Positions 41,974 to 51,540 of a DNA stretch of 64,000 bases are shown here, one piece after another. Under the pieces are notes generated by a model, which made no database searches, was not told the origin of the DNA, and saw only the letters and a list, made by a program, of their open reading frames with translations. Source of the DNA: Bacteroidota bacterium (GTDB taxonomy: Bacteria > Bacteroidota > Bacteroidia > Palsa-948); assembly GCA_003164895.1 (NCBI GenBank), contig PLUL01000014.1, forward strand, positions 100,954 to 164,953, in the 5' to 3' direction. Position 1 is the stretch's first letter; each line of letters starts with the position of its first letter. A program made the translations under genes and the position numbers.

Positions 41974-44900
41974 ATGGCAAGCTATCCTAAAATCTACTCT
42001 CTCGACACCGTTGGTGTGAGACAACATTATAATTCTGAATATCTTTTTCACGCGGTGAGGACGGACTTCACTGGCGGAAACGGGCTTGGAAAATCCATCA
42101 TTGCCGATTTGATGCAATTGATAATTGTTCCGAGGCGCGATATGTGGAAACCAGGCACGGAAGGAATCGGCAAGGACGAAAGACGTGTGGAAGGAATTCC
42201 GTTGAACAAAGAATATATTCAATATGCGTATGCATTTCTGAACATTGAAAGAAAACAAGGACAGTTTTTAACGATTGGAGTTTACATTTCAAAGACTCCG
42301 CGCATTCCGGTGCGACCGTTCATCATTCAGGCTGGAAATAATTTTGAAGGCGGAAATCTCGTTCCGTTCAGCCGCCCGTTGCACCCTTCGGATTTCATGA
42401 ATGACAGCAAGACCATTTATGATCTGCGCGAACTTTCGAAGCACATGAAAGAAAAACACTCCTTATATATGAAGGATTTCTTTCAGACAGAAGGGATTAT
42501 GCAGTATTACGATCTGATGTACAAGAACAATATTCTTCCTGTAAATCTTACAAAACCTGAGAACTTAAAAACATATTCAAAGGTCATTCAGTCGTTTGCA
42601 AGAGCGAAATCTCTTGACATCACCAATTCGAAAAGTCTTCAGAATTTTTTATTCGAAGACAATGAAGAAATAAAAAGAACTTTTGAAGAACAGAAAGATC
42701 AGCTTCACAGTTTGATAAAACAGTACAGAGAAAATCATTTTCACACACAGGAACTTCAGCAGAAGCAGAAAAAACTTTTATCGCTTCTTGAAACCGAAAG
42801 AAAAAGCGTTGCCGCCAAAGAAGAGTTTTTAAAATCAAGCGCAACATTTTCTCATAAGCAACACAACAATGCGCTTGCTCGACACGAGAACAATACCAAG
42901 CACATTGAAACTTCCACTAAAAATCTTTTAAGACAGAAGAACGAACTTGAAAAAGTTACGGAAGAACTTTACATCTGCTACACCAATCTCCAGAAGGTTT
43001 GTTTGTTGATGCGAGAAAAATACGAAGTGCTTCTGAAAGATTTCAGCGATGAAACCATTCAAGCGCGCAAGTTATCTGCCGACCTTCTTCGCGATAAAAT
43101 AAATTTGATCGCAGGACTTTATCCGATAGTCGCGCAATACGAAAGCGTTGAAAAAATTCAGCACAAGTTGCATGAACAACAATCTTACAGAGGAAAGAAA
43201 AATAGTTTAAATAAAATTCTTTCGCTTTATTCTCTTGCAGATTTTGAACAATCACTTTGGGCGAAAGAAGATTTCCTTTCTGCTTCCCGACATTACAATG
43301 AAAAACTGAGCGAACTTCCTCAGCAGATAGAAGAACTTGAAACACTTGTTGCACTTTTTGAAGGAACACGAGATGATTCGTTTTTCCACTGGGCGATTCA
43401 AAATAATAAGCCGCTTACCAAAGAACAGGAAACTGTTCTGATGTATTTGAAAGAACTTCCGGTAACAAAACCTACAGATGTTGAAGAAGGAACACGCTAC
43501 ATTGCAAATCCATCTGCACTCCTTGGGAATTTTGAGAAAGATGAGAATGGCGGCATCTGGATAACATTCGGTGAAGTACGCGAATTCGTTCCGCTTATTA
43601 AAAAGCAACGCTTTACGAATACAAAAAATCTAAAAACGATCTTAGAAAAAGATACTAAGGCGATCAAGCTTTCACTGGAAGAAGCGCATCAGGAATTAAA
43701 AATGATACAGCGACTTTCTGATGAATTAACTGAGATTGGGTTCAATCAGGAACTTACCGACATCTGGGAAACTAAAGTTGAGATAGAGAATTACACAATC
43801 GACAATTCTTTGAACGAAGAAAAAATTGAACTCATCAAAGCAAACTGGGATGACATTCAAAAATTAGATGCGCTTCAGCTTGAATTCTCTACCATAGAAC
43901 ACGATGCAATTGAGATTGCCAAAAAACAAAGCGACATTAAGAACAAAATGAATTCAACCAAACAGGCGTACGGAACCTGTGAATATGAATTCACCAAACT
44001 GAGATTGGAAAGCAATATTGAAATTGAAATTCCGAATGAAGATTATTCTACGTTGGAATTGGATGCGCTGGATGTAATAAAAAATGGTTTCGAATCGAAA
44101 ATTAAAACCTGCAACGAGCAAAAAAACTGGAGCGAGAAATACATGATCGCTGCAGAAGGAGAATTGCGCGGTTACAGAAGCAGCGAACCAATCCTCAAAC
44201 AGCAAATGGAAGAATCGCTGGTTGTCTTCAACGAGAAGAAACAACTGCTGGAATCTGAAACCGGAATTGTATTTGAACCAACATTAATTACAGGTGAACT
44301 CAACGAAAATATTATTGAACGATTGGAAAGAAAGAGCGAAGAACTTTTAGAAGCATATCACGAAGAGTTTACACGCGTTACAGAAGCATTTGAAGAAACG
44401 AGAGGCGATAAAAATCCTGAACTCATCACCGATAAATTTAATTTCCGCACATTAGTAAATATTCTCTGCGGAAAATTGGGATTAGAAGGATTAGGTCCAG
44501 AATTGGAACGACTGAACGAAGAGTTGAAAAAATTCGGAGACCTTCAGCTTACAATTATAATAGATGTTTTCAAAAAAGTGGAAGTGCAGTACAACGCTTT
44601 CAGAAAACTAATCACCGAACTGAACTTCTTCTTCAAGGAAAACCGAATCAGCGGAGTATATAATTTTCAGGTGGACTTTAACGACCGCAGAGATATTTCT
44701 GTGGATTGGATTCGCAGAATGCGCGAACATGCAAAGTACCAGCGTTTGTCTGCAAAACTTTTCATCACTGCAGAAAATGAAGTTTCTCCCGAGCATCTCA
44801 TCCTCAATATTGCAAAAACACTCAGCGATGTAGGCGACTGTGAAATTGGTGATCTGCTCGATCCGAAATTTTATTTCGACCTGCGCGTAGGATTGTTTGA

Positions 44901-45588
44901 CGAGCAAGGCAACCGTTATCCCGGTTCGGGCGGTGAAGCGTACACAGCGCTCGCGCTTCTCTGCATCGGCAGAATGTCGGTCATTCAGCGCGACAAGAAC
45001 CGTACGGGAGTTCGCTTCATCATCATTGAAGAGTTATCGAACATTGACGACACCAACTTTGGTTTGTTCCCCGAGATTGCAAAAATGTTCGGCTACCAGC
45101 TGCTCACGATGACACCAAAACCTTTTGGTTCGTACAGCGAAAGCGAATGGTACCTGCACATGCTCATCCGCGGAAAAGACAAGAATATTAATTACCAGCC
45201 GATGAGTTTCTTCCGTACAAAAATGAGCAAGCAGCGACTGGAAGAATACATGGGCGATGGAAAAATAATTTCGAAAGTGGTGGAAGAAGCAGAAGTTAAG
45301 GAAGAAACGCCAACTATTACCGAGACCGGACATAACCTTGTTCTGGCAAATGTAATTGAAGGATTTATTGACCACGTTACAAACGAAATTGAAATTCCAA
45401 TTATTGCTGATGAAATTTTAAACTTAACTGAAGAATCTCCTGTTAATGAAGATGTAATTAAGGATGAAATTCCTGAACCTCCACAAATTAGCAGCGAACT
45501 TCAGGAAGAACGCAAACAGGAATTTTTAGGATTGAGCGAGGAAGAAAAAACGGAAGAGAAGAAAGATGAGAATAAAGGAGAAGAATAA
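41974..45588 (+). CDS. SMC-like ATPase of MukB/MksB/JetC type (1204 aa)
   Basis: N-terminal Walker A DFTGGNGLGKSIIADLMQLIIVP (compare MukB [23 protein letters not shown]); Q-loop QGQFLT; roughly 700-aa K/E/Q-rich coiled-coil middle; C-terminal signature PGSGGEAYTALALL, Walker B VRFIIIEEL and D-loop SNIDD; acidic disordered tail. Confidence 0.65.
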   Translation: MASYPKIYSLDTVGVRQHYNSEYLFHAVRTDFTGGNGLGKSIIADLMQLIIVPRRDMWKPGTEGIGKDERRVEGIPLNKEYIQYAYAFLNIERKQGQFLTIGVYISKTPRIPVRPFIIQAGNNFEGGNLVPFSRPLHPSDFMNDSKTIYDLRELSKHMKEKHSLYMKDFFQTEGIMQYYDLMYKNNILPVNLTKPENLKTYSKVIQSFARAKSLDITNSKSLQNFLFEDNEEIKRTFEEQKDQLHSLIKQYRENHFHTQELQQKQKKLLSLLETERKSVAAKEEFLKSSATFSHKQHNNALARHENNTKHIETSTKNLLRQKNELEKVTEELYICYTNLQKVCLLMREKYEVLLKDFSDETIQARKLSADLLRDKINLIAGLYPIVAQYESVEKIQHKLHEQQSYRGKKNSLNKILSLYSLADFEQSLWAKEDFLSASRHYNEKLSELPQQIEELETLVALFEGTRDDSFFHWAIQNNKPLTKEQETVLMYLKELPVTKPTDVEEGTRYIANPSALLGNFEKDENGGIWITFGEVREFVPLIKKQRFTNTKNLKTILEKDTKAIKLSLEEAHQELKMIQRLSDELTEIGFNQELTDIWETKVEIENYTIDNSLNEEKIELIKANWDDIQKLDALQLEFSTIEHDAIEIAKKQSDIKNKMNSTKQAYGTCEYEFTKLRLESNIEIEIPNEDYSTLELDALDVIKNGFESKIKTCNEQKNWSEKYMIAAEGELRGYRSSEPILKQQMEESLVVFNEKKQLLESETGIVFEPTLITGELNENIIERLERKSEELLEAYHEEFTRVTEAFEETRGDKNPELITDKFNFRTLVNILCGKLGLEGLGPELERLNEELKKFGDLQLTIIIDVFKKVEVQYNAFRKLITELNFFFKENRISGVYNFQVDFNDRRDISVDWIRRMREHAKYQRLSAKLFITAENEVSPEHLILNIAKTLSDVGDCEIGDLLDPKFYFDLRVGLFDEQGNRYPGSGGEAYTALALLCIGRMSVIQRDKNRTGVRFIIIEELSNIDDTNFGLFPEIAKMFGYQLLTMTPKPFGSYSESEWYLHMLIRGKDKNINYQPMSFFRTKMSKQRLEEYMGDGKIISKVVEEAEVKEETPTITETGHNLVLANVIEGFIDHVTNEIEIPIIADEILNLTEESPVNEDVIKDEIPEPPQISSELQEERKQEFLGLSEEEKTEEKKDENKGEE

Positions 45589-45616
45589 TGCATTAAAGGA
45601 TTAACAATTTCAAAAT

Positions 45617-46030
45617 ATGGAAGTGCGCATTGGAAATAATAGCGAGTATTTGCTATTGAGAAATATAACATTAGAAAGTCTTCAAAATTATTTTTATAAT
45701 ACAACAATTGAAATTCATTTGAATGGTTTTTCTTCAAACATTAAAGCATTTGGGGAAATTAATGAATTGACAGGATTAATTCTCAACCTCAAAAAGCTAT
45801 ATCAAAAACTTGATTTTCAATTTACATTTGGGAATCTGGAAGATAACATAGGAATAACAGTCCAGACAAATCCGACAAATGCAGGACAAATTGAATTGAA
45901 AGGGTTTCTCAAGAATAGCTATGGCACAGGGAAACTTGAATTTAAAATAGTAACAGACCAATCTTATTTGCCTGAAACAATAAACCAATTAGAGATTGTA
46001 TTATCCGATTTAAAAATTAACACGAAATAA
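45617..46030 (+). CDS. Hypothetical 137-aa protein immediately downstream of the SMC-like gene
   Basis: Starts 29 nt after the SMC-like stop; very AT-rich; no recognisable motif. Confidence 0.4.
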   Translation: MEVRIGNNSEYLLLRNITLESLQNYFYNTTIEIHLNGFSSNIKAFGEINELTGLILNLKKLYQKLDFQFTFGNLEDNIGITVQTNPTNAGQIELKGFLKNSYGTGKLEFKIVTDQSYLPETINQLEIVLSDLKINTK

Positions 46031-46044
46031 GATATTCCTGAATC

Positions 46045-46806
46045 GTGCAAGCACCCTACCAAACACTTTCTATCTTTTTTATTCTAATTGCATCATCATT
46101 CTCGCTTTCAAGTTGCAGCACCAAGAAAAATCTTGAGCTTGCTTTAGCCAATCCCACTACCACCACTTCACTCACACTCAGACGGTGCAACTTAAAAACA
46201 TTACCTCCCGAGATCGGCACTCTTAAAAACTTAAAAACTTTAAAAATCTATAAATGCAAACTCGAAACGCTTCCTCCCGAGATCGGGAAACTTGGCAATC
46301 TTGAAACACTTATTTTAAGTTCCAACAAATTAAAAACGCTACCACCTGAAATTGGTAGTTTTGAAAAATTAAAATACCTTTCTCTTTCCTATAACAAATT
46401 AGAAAAACTACCGAAAGAAATCGGAAATTTAATAAGTCTTGAAGTTCTTTCTCTGAACGGAAATAAATTAACCGAATTACCACAGGAAATTGGCAAACTG
46501 AATGGTCTTACATATTTGAACATTGAAAAAAATAACATCAGCGAACTTCCTTCATCAATTGAAAATTTCACCATCCTGAAAACTTTTATCATCGGCAGAA
46601 ATCTATTCAGTAAGTTACCGGAGCAGATCGGCAGACTTTCTCATTTGGTGGAATTAAATGTTTCGGGCAGCGGTGCCATGCTTCAGATACCAAACAGCAT
46701 TTGCGAAATTTCTTCTCTCGAAAATCTTTATGTGGATGCTTCCACTCAAATTCCTTATTGCCTGCAATCGCGCCATGATTTGAGGTTTAAAATTATTGTT
46801 CAATAA
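46045..46806 (+). CDS. Leucine-rich-repeat lipoprotein
   Basis: Lipoprotein signal ILIASSFSLSSCS; about nine tandem 23-residue LRRs of the L..LP.EIG.L.NL..L.L..N.L type. Confidence 0.7.
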   Translation: MQAPYQTLSIFFILIASSFSLSSCSTKKNLELALANPTTTTSLTLRRCNLKTLPPEIGTLKNLKTLKIYKCKLETLPPEIGKLGNLETLILSSNKLKTLPPEIGSFEKLKYLSLSYNKLEKLPKEIGNLISLEVLSLNGNKLTELPQEIGKLNGLTYLNIEKNNISELPSSIENFTILKTFIIGRNLFSKLPEQIGRLSHLVELNVSGSGAMLQIPNSICEISSLENLYVDASTQIPYCLQSRHDLRFKIIVQ

Positions 46807-46851
46807 TTCCTGCACATATTTCGGAAAAGAAGTTATTCTTAACTTCGTATA

Positions 46852-47400
46852 ATGCAGTCGCCTTACAAAATCTCCAATCTTCTCCCTGCCACCGATGCGG
46901 TGCTGATGAACGGTGTATATCTTGTTCTGCTTTATGCAACTCGCATTCCTCCTCACCTGCTCGTCTCCGTGAATGGAAAACTATTTACCCTGAGCGTGAA
47001 AGGTGCGAGTGTGGACGGAGAACTATCCGCATTGCTAACGCTCATCCGCAGAAAAAAGATTGAAACTATTTTCATTCGTTTGCAAATGCCAGTGCTTTTA
47101 ACTATGGAACAACTGCGCGAAGAAATCAGGAATTGCACTCTCGCCTACCCGCGTGCGGATATCGGAATTGCAAGCTGCCTCACTCCCATAAAAGATTTCT
47201 GCCATTCGGTTTACGATACGGATACAAAAAATATAAACTTAATTTTCGATCTACTGCCAAAACTTCAGGAAAGAAATGCTATGCAAGATTGTTATCAGTT
47301 GAATCTTCACCTAACTTCCAATAATTTCGAAATAAAAAGATACGAAGTGAATGATGTGAACGAAGCGATCAGACATTCATCGCTTATAATGGCAATCTAA
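46852..47400 (+). CDS. Hypothetical protein
   Basis: 182-aa ORF with no recognisable motif; same strand and tightly spaced in the cluster. Confidence 0.4.
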   Translation: MQSPYKISNLLPATDAVLMNGVYLVLLYATRIPPHLLVSVNGKLFTLSVKGASVDGELSALLTLIRRKKIETIFIRLQMPVLLTMEQLREEIRNCTLAYPRADIGIASCLTPIKDFCHSVYDTDTKNINLIFDLLPKLQERNAMQDCYQLNLHLTSNNFEIKRYEVNDVNEAIRHSSLIMAI

Positions 47401-47413
47401 TCAACAAAAAACT

Positions 47414-47920
47414 GTGTTCTTATCTAGCAAAAAAATATTCCTGCGCGCTGTTCTGCCATCGGATGTGTATCTGCTTTACAAATGGGAGAATGACAAAGCC
47501 AATTGGGAGGTAAGCGGAACAAAAAAGCTATTTACTAAAAAAGAAATTTCAGATTTCATTTCTACTCAGAAAGATATTTACCTCGACAAACAGCTGCGAC
47601 TTATGATTTGTATGCAATCTTCATCAAAAAGTGAAGATGCAATAGGATGCATTGACTTGTTTGAGTTTGACGAAACAAAACTGAAAGCTGGAATCGGAAT
47701 TCTCATAGACAAAAAAAACAGAAAGAACGGTTATGCTTCCGAAGCATTACATTTGCTGGTCAAATACAGTTTTAAAATTTTATATTTGAAAGAATTATTT
47801 TGTAATATTTCAGAGGAGAACAAAGCAAGTATGGAACTTTTTAAAAAGCAGAAATTCAAAATCATCAGTAAGAAGAAAAATATTTATTCTCTTCAGTTAT
47901 TCAACAATAAGTATTTTTGA
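47414..47920 (+). CDS. GNAT family N-acetyltransferase (RimJ/RimL-like)
   Basis: GCIDLFEFDE...GIGILIDKKNRKNGYASEAL acetyl-CoA binding motif A. Confidence 0.7.
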   Translation: MFLSSKKIFLRAVLPSDVYLLYKWENDKANWEVSGTKKLFTKKEISDFISTQKDIYLDKQLRLMICMQSSSKSEDAIGCIDLFEFDETKLKAGIGILIDKKNRKNGYASEALHLLVKYSFKILYLKELFCNISEENKASMELFKKQKFKIISKKKNIYSLQLFNNKYF

Positions 47921-47929
47921 ATTACGATC

Positions 47930-48991
47930 ATGGCTAAAAAAAAGAACTCGATTTTCAAAAAAATACTTCTTTGGTTGCTGCTCATCATTCTGCTGACAGC
48001 AGGCGCAGCTGCTTATATCGGCTACAGAATGATCTTTCTCCCTAATGTTTCGCTTGGAGAAAAAAAATCAGAAATAGTTTTAATTCCGACCGGTTCAAAT
48101 TTTGAGGATGTCATAAGGATTTTGTCCGGTGCAAATATTTTAAAGAACAAAATTTCTTTCATCCGCCTTGCAAAACTGAAAAAATACAAAGACAATGTAA
48201 AACCCGGGCGATACCGAATTTTCGACAGCATCAATAATAATCAGCTGATAAATATTTTACGCACAGGAATGCAGGAACCGGTTACCGTTACTTTCACCAA
48301 CATCCGAACAAAAGACCAATTGGTTTCGCGCATCTGCAAAAAACTGGAAGCGGATTCGATCGAACTTCGTGCGCTGCTCTCCAACGATAAATACCTCAAA
48401 GATAATTTCGGATTTAAAGGTGAAACCATTCTGGCGATGTTCATTCCGAATTCATACGAATTCAAATGGAACACATCCGCAAAACAATTTGTGGAACGCA
48501 TGCAAACCGAATACAAAAAATTCTGGACTCCTGAAAGAAGGCAAAAAGCAAAAGCAATAAACCTGACACAAATACAAGTGTCAATTCTTGCTTCCATCGT
48601 ACAATCGGAACAATTGCAATTTCCTGATGAACGTCCGACCATTGCAGGACTTTATCTGAATCGTTTGAAAATCGGAATGTGTTTACAAAGCGACCCGACA
48701 ATTATTTATGCCATTGGAGATTTCAGCATCAATCGCGTGCTTGACAAAGACAAAGAATTTTCTTCTCCTTATAATACATACAAATGTTCCGGTTTGCCGC
48801 CCGGCCCGATTTACATTCCAGAAATTTCATCGTTAGAAGCAGTGCTGAATTACCAAAAGAATGATTTCCTTTATATGTGCGCCAAGGAAGATTTTTCGGG
48901 CAGACATAATTTTGCTAAAATACTTGCCGAACACAACCGCAATGCTGAGAAATACCGAAAAGCGCTGAACAAAAACAAAATAATGAGGTAG
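47930..48991 (+). CDS. mltG: Endolytic murein transglycosylase MltG (YceG-like)
   Basis: N-terminal TM anchor; conserved YNTYKCSGLPPGPIYIPEISSLEAVLN (MltG NTY...GLPPGPI motif). Confidence 0.85.
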   Translation: MAKKKNSIFKKILLWLLLIILLTAGAAAYIGYRMIFLPNVSLGEKKSEIVLIPTGSNFEDVIRILSGANILKNKISFIRLAKLKKYKDNVKPGRYRIFDSINNNQLINILRTGMQEPVTVTFTNIRTKDQLVSRICKKLEADSIELRALLSNDKYLKDNFGFKGETILAMFIPNSYEFKWNTSAKQFVERMQTEYKKFWTPERRQKAKAINLTQIQVSILASIVQSEQLQFPDERPTIAGLYLNRLKIGMCLQSDPTIIYAIGDFSINRVLDKDKEFSSPYNTYKCSGLPPGPIYIPEISSLEAVLNYQKNDFLYMCAKEDFSGRHNFAKILAEHNRNAEKYRKALNKNKIMR

Positions 48992-49161
48992 TGGAAAATT
49001 TCAAGCCAAAACCCATAATTGACTTATTAACAGCCATTTTTGATAAAAAAATTTGGTTTGTTCAAAAAATAATTACTTTTGCCACTATCAATAATCAAAC
49101 ACATACCATTAACACTGAATTTGTTTCAGGGTAACCCTCAGAAACTAAAACTTTTAATTCA

Positions 49162-50913
49162 TTGAATATGAAAAACCAATTACAAAATGTTGCATTGTCA
49201 TTATTAGCTGTTGCAGGTCTTGCTTCTTGTGCCGGCTTGGGTTCCATGATGAAAAAATATGACAAAATGGTAACTTATGAAGTTAAACCAAATCCACTTG
49301 AAATGCAAGGCGATTCTATCCTTGTAAACGTAAGTGGAAAATATTCTCCCAAATATTTTGCAAAGAAAGTTACTCTTACAATAACTCCAACTATCAAATA
49401 TAACGGTGGAGAAAAAGCGTTGAAGCCAGTTACTGTCAGAGGTGAAAAAATTACAGATGGAAGCGGAGCAACAATTAAGTTTAAAGATGGCGGTAATTTT
49501 TCATATACTGACAAAACTGCTTACATTCCTGAAATGAAAACCTGCGACCTCGTTGTAAAAATAAAAGGACAGCAAAAAAGCAAATCGAAAGATTTTGTTG
49601 AAAAGAAAATCGGAGATGGAACTATCATCACTCCGCTTCTTGTAAAGAATGATGAAAAGCCATTGCTTGGAAAAGATAATTTTCAAAAATCTTATCCTGT
49701 AACTCAGAAGACAGAAATTTTCTTCCTTATAAATATGGCTGATATTCGTGCTTCTGAATTAAAAGCAGAAAGCATGAGTGCAACTAAAAAATTCATTGAA
49801 GAAAAGCATTCTGCAAAAAGATTTTCCTACAAAGGAGCAAATATTTCCGCTTATGCTTCTCCTGATGGAGAACTTGCTTTCAATGCACATCTTGCCGAAG
49901 ACCGCGCAAAAGCAACAGTGAAACACTACATGGGTGTTGCTAAAGAAAAAGGAAAAGACAAGCAAGAGATGATTCCAGGTGCTGACAAAGAAACATTCTA
50001 TAAAACAGTAACTACTGCTGAAGACTGGGATGGTTTCAAAACCGCAATGCAGACATCTAACATTAAGGATAAAGAACTTGTGCTGCGTGTATTGGAAATG
50101 TATCCTGATGGCGAAAAACGTCAGAAAGAAATTAAAAATCTTTCTGCAACTTACAATGAAATCCGCGAGCAGATTCTTCCAAAACTTCGCAGAAGTGTTA
50201 TGACTTGGGATTGCGAACAAATGAGTCGCCCTGATGATGAAATTTCTAAACTCGCTGCTTCATATCCAGATAGCTTGGCGAACGAAGAAATTCTTTACGC
50301 TGCTACTCTATCAAACGACATCAACACAAAACTCAGCATCTACAAAAATGCTGACCGTCTTTATGGAACCGACTGGAGATGTTCAAACAATGTTGCTTAC
50401 TGCAATATTCTTTTAAATAAATCTGCTGATGCTAAAACTGCAATGGACAAAGCAAACGGTTTGAACAACAGCGCACCAGAGGTAAATAATAATCTTGGTA
50501 TTCTTGCTCGCTGGAACGGAGACCGCAAAACTGCAATGACTTTTTATAACAAAGCTGGTTCCAGTGCAGAAGTTAGCCATAACAAAGGAATCGTAAATAT
50601 CCGTGATGGAAAATATTCCGATGCTGTTTCTAATTTCGGAAGCGAAAATTCTTTCAACTCTGCTCTTGCAAAAGTTCTTGCAGGAAATGGAGATGGCGCA
50701 CTCGCCACTTTGGATGCAAGTCCTGAAAAAGAAGACGCTCTCAGCTATTATCTGAAAGCAGTTGTTGGCGCAAGAAAAGGTCAGGCAGATTTGTTGATCA
50801 ATAATTTAAAAATTGCAATTAACAAAGATGCTTCTTTCAAGAGCAAAGCAAAAGAAGATCTCGAGTTCTTTAAATTCCGCGAGAACGCAGACTTCAAAGC
50901 GCTTGTAGGATAA
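49162..50913 (+). CDS. Hypothetical lipoprotein with C-terminal TPR-like repeats
   Basis: Lipobox LAVAGLASCAG; C-terminal helical repeats (NLGILARWNGDRKTAMTFYNKAG..., YYLKAVVGARKGQ...). Confidence 0.5.
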   Translation: MNMKNQLQNVALSLLAVAGLASCAGLGSMMKKYDKMVTYEVKPNPLEMQGDSILVNVSGKYSPKYFAKKVTLTITPTIKYNGGEKALKPVTVRGEKITDGSGATIKFKDGGNFSYTDKTAYIPEMKTCDLVVKIKGQQKSKSKDFVEKKIGDGTIITPLLVKNDEKPLLGKDNFQKSYPVTQKTEIFFLINMADIRASELKAESMSATKKFIEEKHSAKRFSYKGANISAYASPDGELAFNAHLAEDRAKATVKHYMGVAKEKGKDKQEMIPGADKETFYKTVTTAEDWDGFKTAMQTSNIKDKELVLRVLEMYPDGEKRQKEIKNLSATYNEIREQILPKLRRSVMTWDCEQMSRPDDEISKLAASYPDSLANEEILYAATLSNDINTKLSIYKNADRLYGTDWRCSNNVAYCNILLNKSADAKTAMDKANGLNNSAPEVNNNLGILARWNGDRKTAMTFYNKAGSSAEVSHNKGIVNIRDGKYSDAVSNFGSENSFNSALAKVLAGNGDGALATLDASPEKEDALSYYLKAVVGARKGQADLLINNLKIAINKDASFKSKAKEDLEFFKFRENADFKALVG

Positions 50914-50926
50914 AAAACAATATTTA

Positions 50927-50962
50927 CAAAAGCCCACTGAGAAATTGGTGGGCTTTTTTTAT
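50927..50962 (+). terminator. Rho-independent terminator
   Basis: AAAAGCCCAC TGAGAAATTG GTGGGCTTTTTTTATTTT; perfect 8-bp stem followed by a T-run. Confidence 0.75.
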
Positions 50963-51012
50963 TTTGTACAGTCCATAATTGTTCTACCTTTACCCATTAA
51001 ATTCCAATTTTA

Positions 51013-51540
51013 TTGAGACGTAACTCCCATACACTTTACTTTTTACTTTCGTTCATCCTTTTTTTACTTTCTACAAACTACTCTTTTTGTTCTTCTTCTC
51101 ACGGCGATACTACTCAAAAATATTTTCTTGCTATGAAAGGGCAAGTTGTGATTGGAAAAAAATATTTATCCAAAGCATTTATCCGTATTTATGCTGACAG
51201 TTCTTCCACTCCTATTCAAAAACTTGAATCTGATATTGAAGGATACGTTGCTTTCCAACTTCCTCTTCAAAAACTTTATATTATTAAAATTTCAAAACAA
51301 GGATTTGTAACCAAAATAATTACGGTTGATGCTCACTTGCCAAAATCTAAAGAAACAGGAAATTATTATTTTGAATTTGCTCTTGAATTGTTTGAGAATA
51401 TTGAAGGATTGGACGTATCTATGCTTAAAAATCCGATTGCAAAAGTTTTCTTCAATACATTCACCAAAAAATTTGACTACGACTTTAATTATACGGCAAA
51501 GATTAATAATGATTTAAAAAAAAATGTACCACAACTATGA
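51013..51540 (+). CDS. Hypothetical secreted protein
   Basis: Signal peptide LYFLLSFILFLLSTNYSFC; weak carboxypeptidase-regulatory-like beta segment. Confidence 0.4.
   Translation: MRRNSHTLYFLLSFILFLLSTNYSFCSSSHGDTTQKYFLAMKGQVVIGKKYLSKAFIRIYADSSSTPIQKLESDIEGYVAFQLPLQKLYIIKISKQGFVTKIITVDAHLPKSKETGNYYFEFALELFENIEGLDVSMLKNPIAKVFFNTFTKKFDYDFNYTAKINNDLKKNVPQL

Noticed and set aside
40668-45375. Multiple minus-strand ORFs (for example 40668-41051, 43252-43608, 45034-45375) inside the SMC-module genes
   Set aside because: They are antisense to long, motif-supported plus-strand CDSs and are K/F-rich frame artefacts of an AT-rich sequence.
45589-48991. Search for a Toprim/JetD-like (DUF2220) gene downstream of the SMC-like gene
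   Set aside because: The downstream ORFs (137 aa, LRR, 182 aa, GNAT, MltG) show no Toprim E...DxD architecture. The only protein of similar size elsewhere in the window (377 aa, 57600-58733) is GspS-family.
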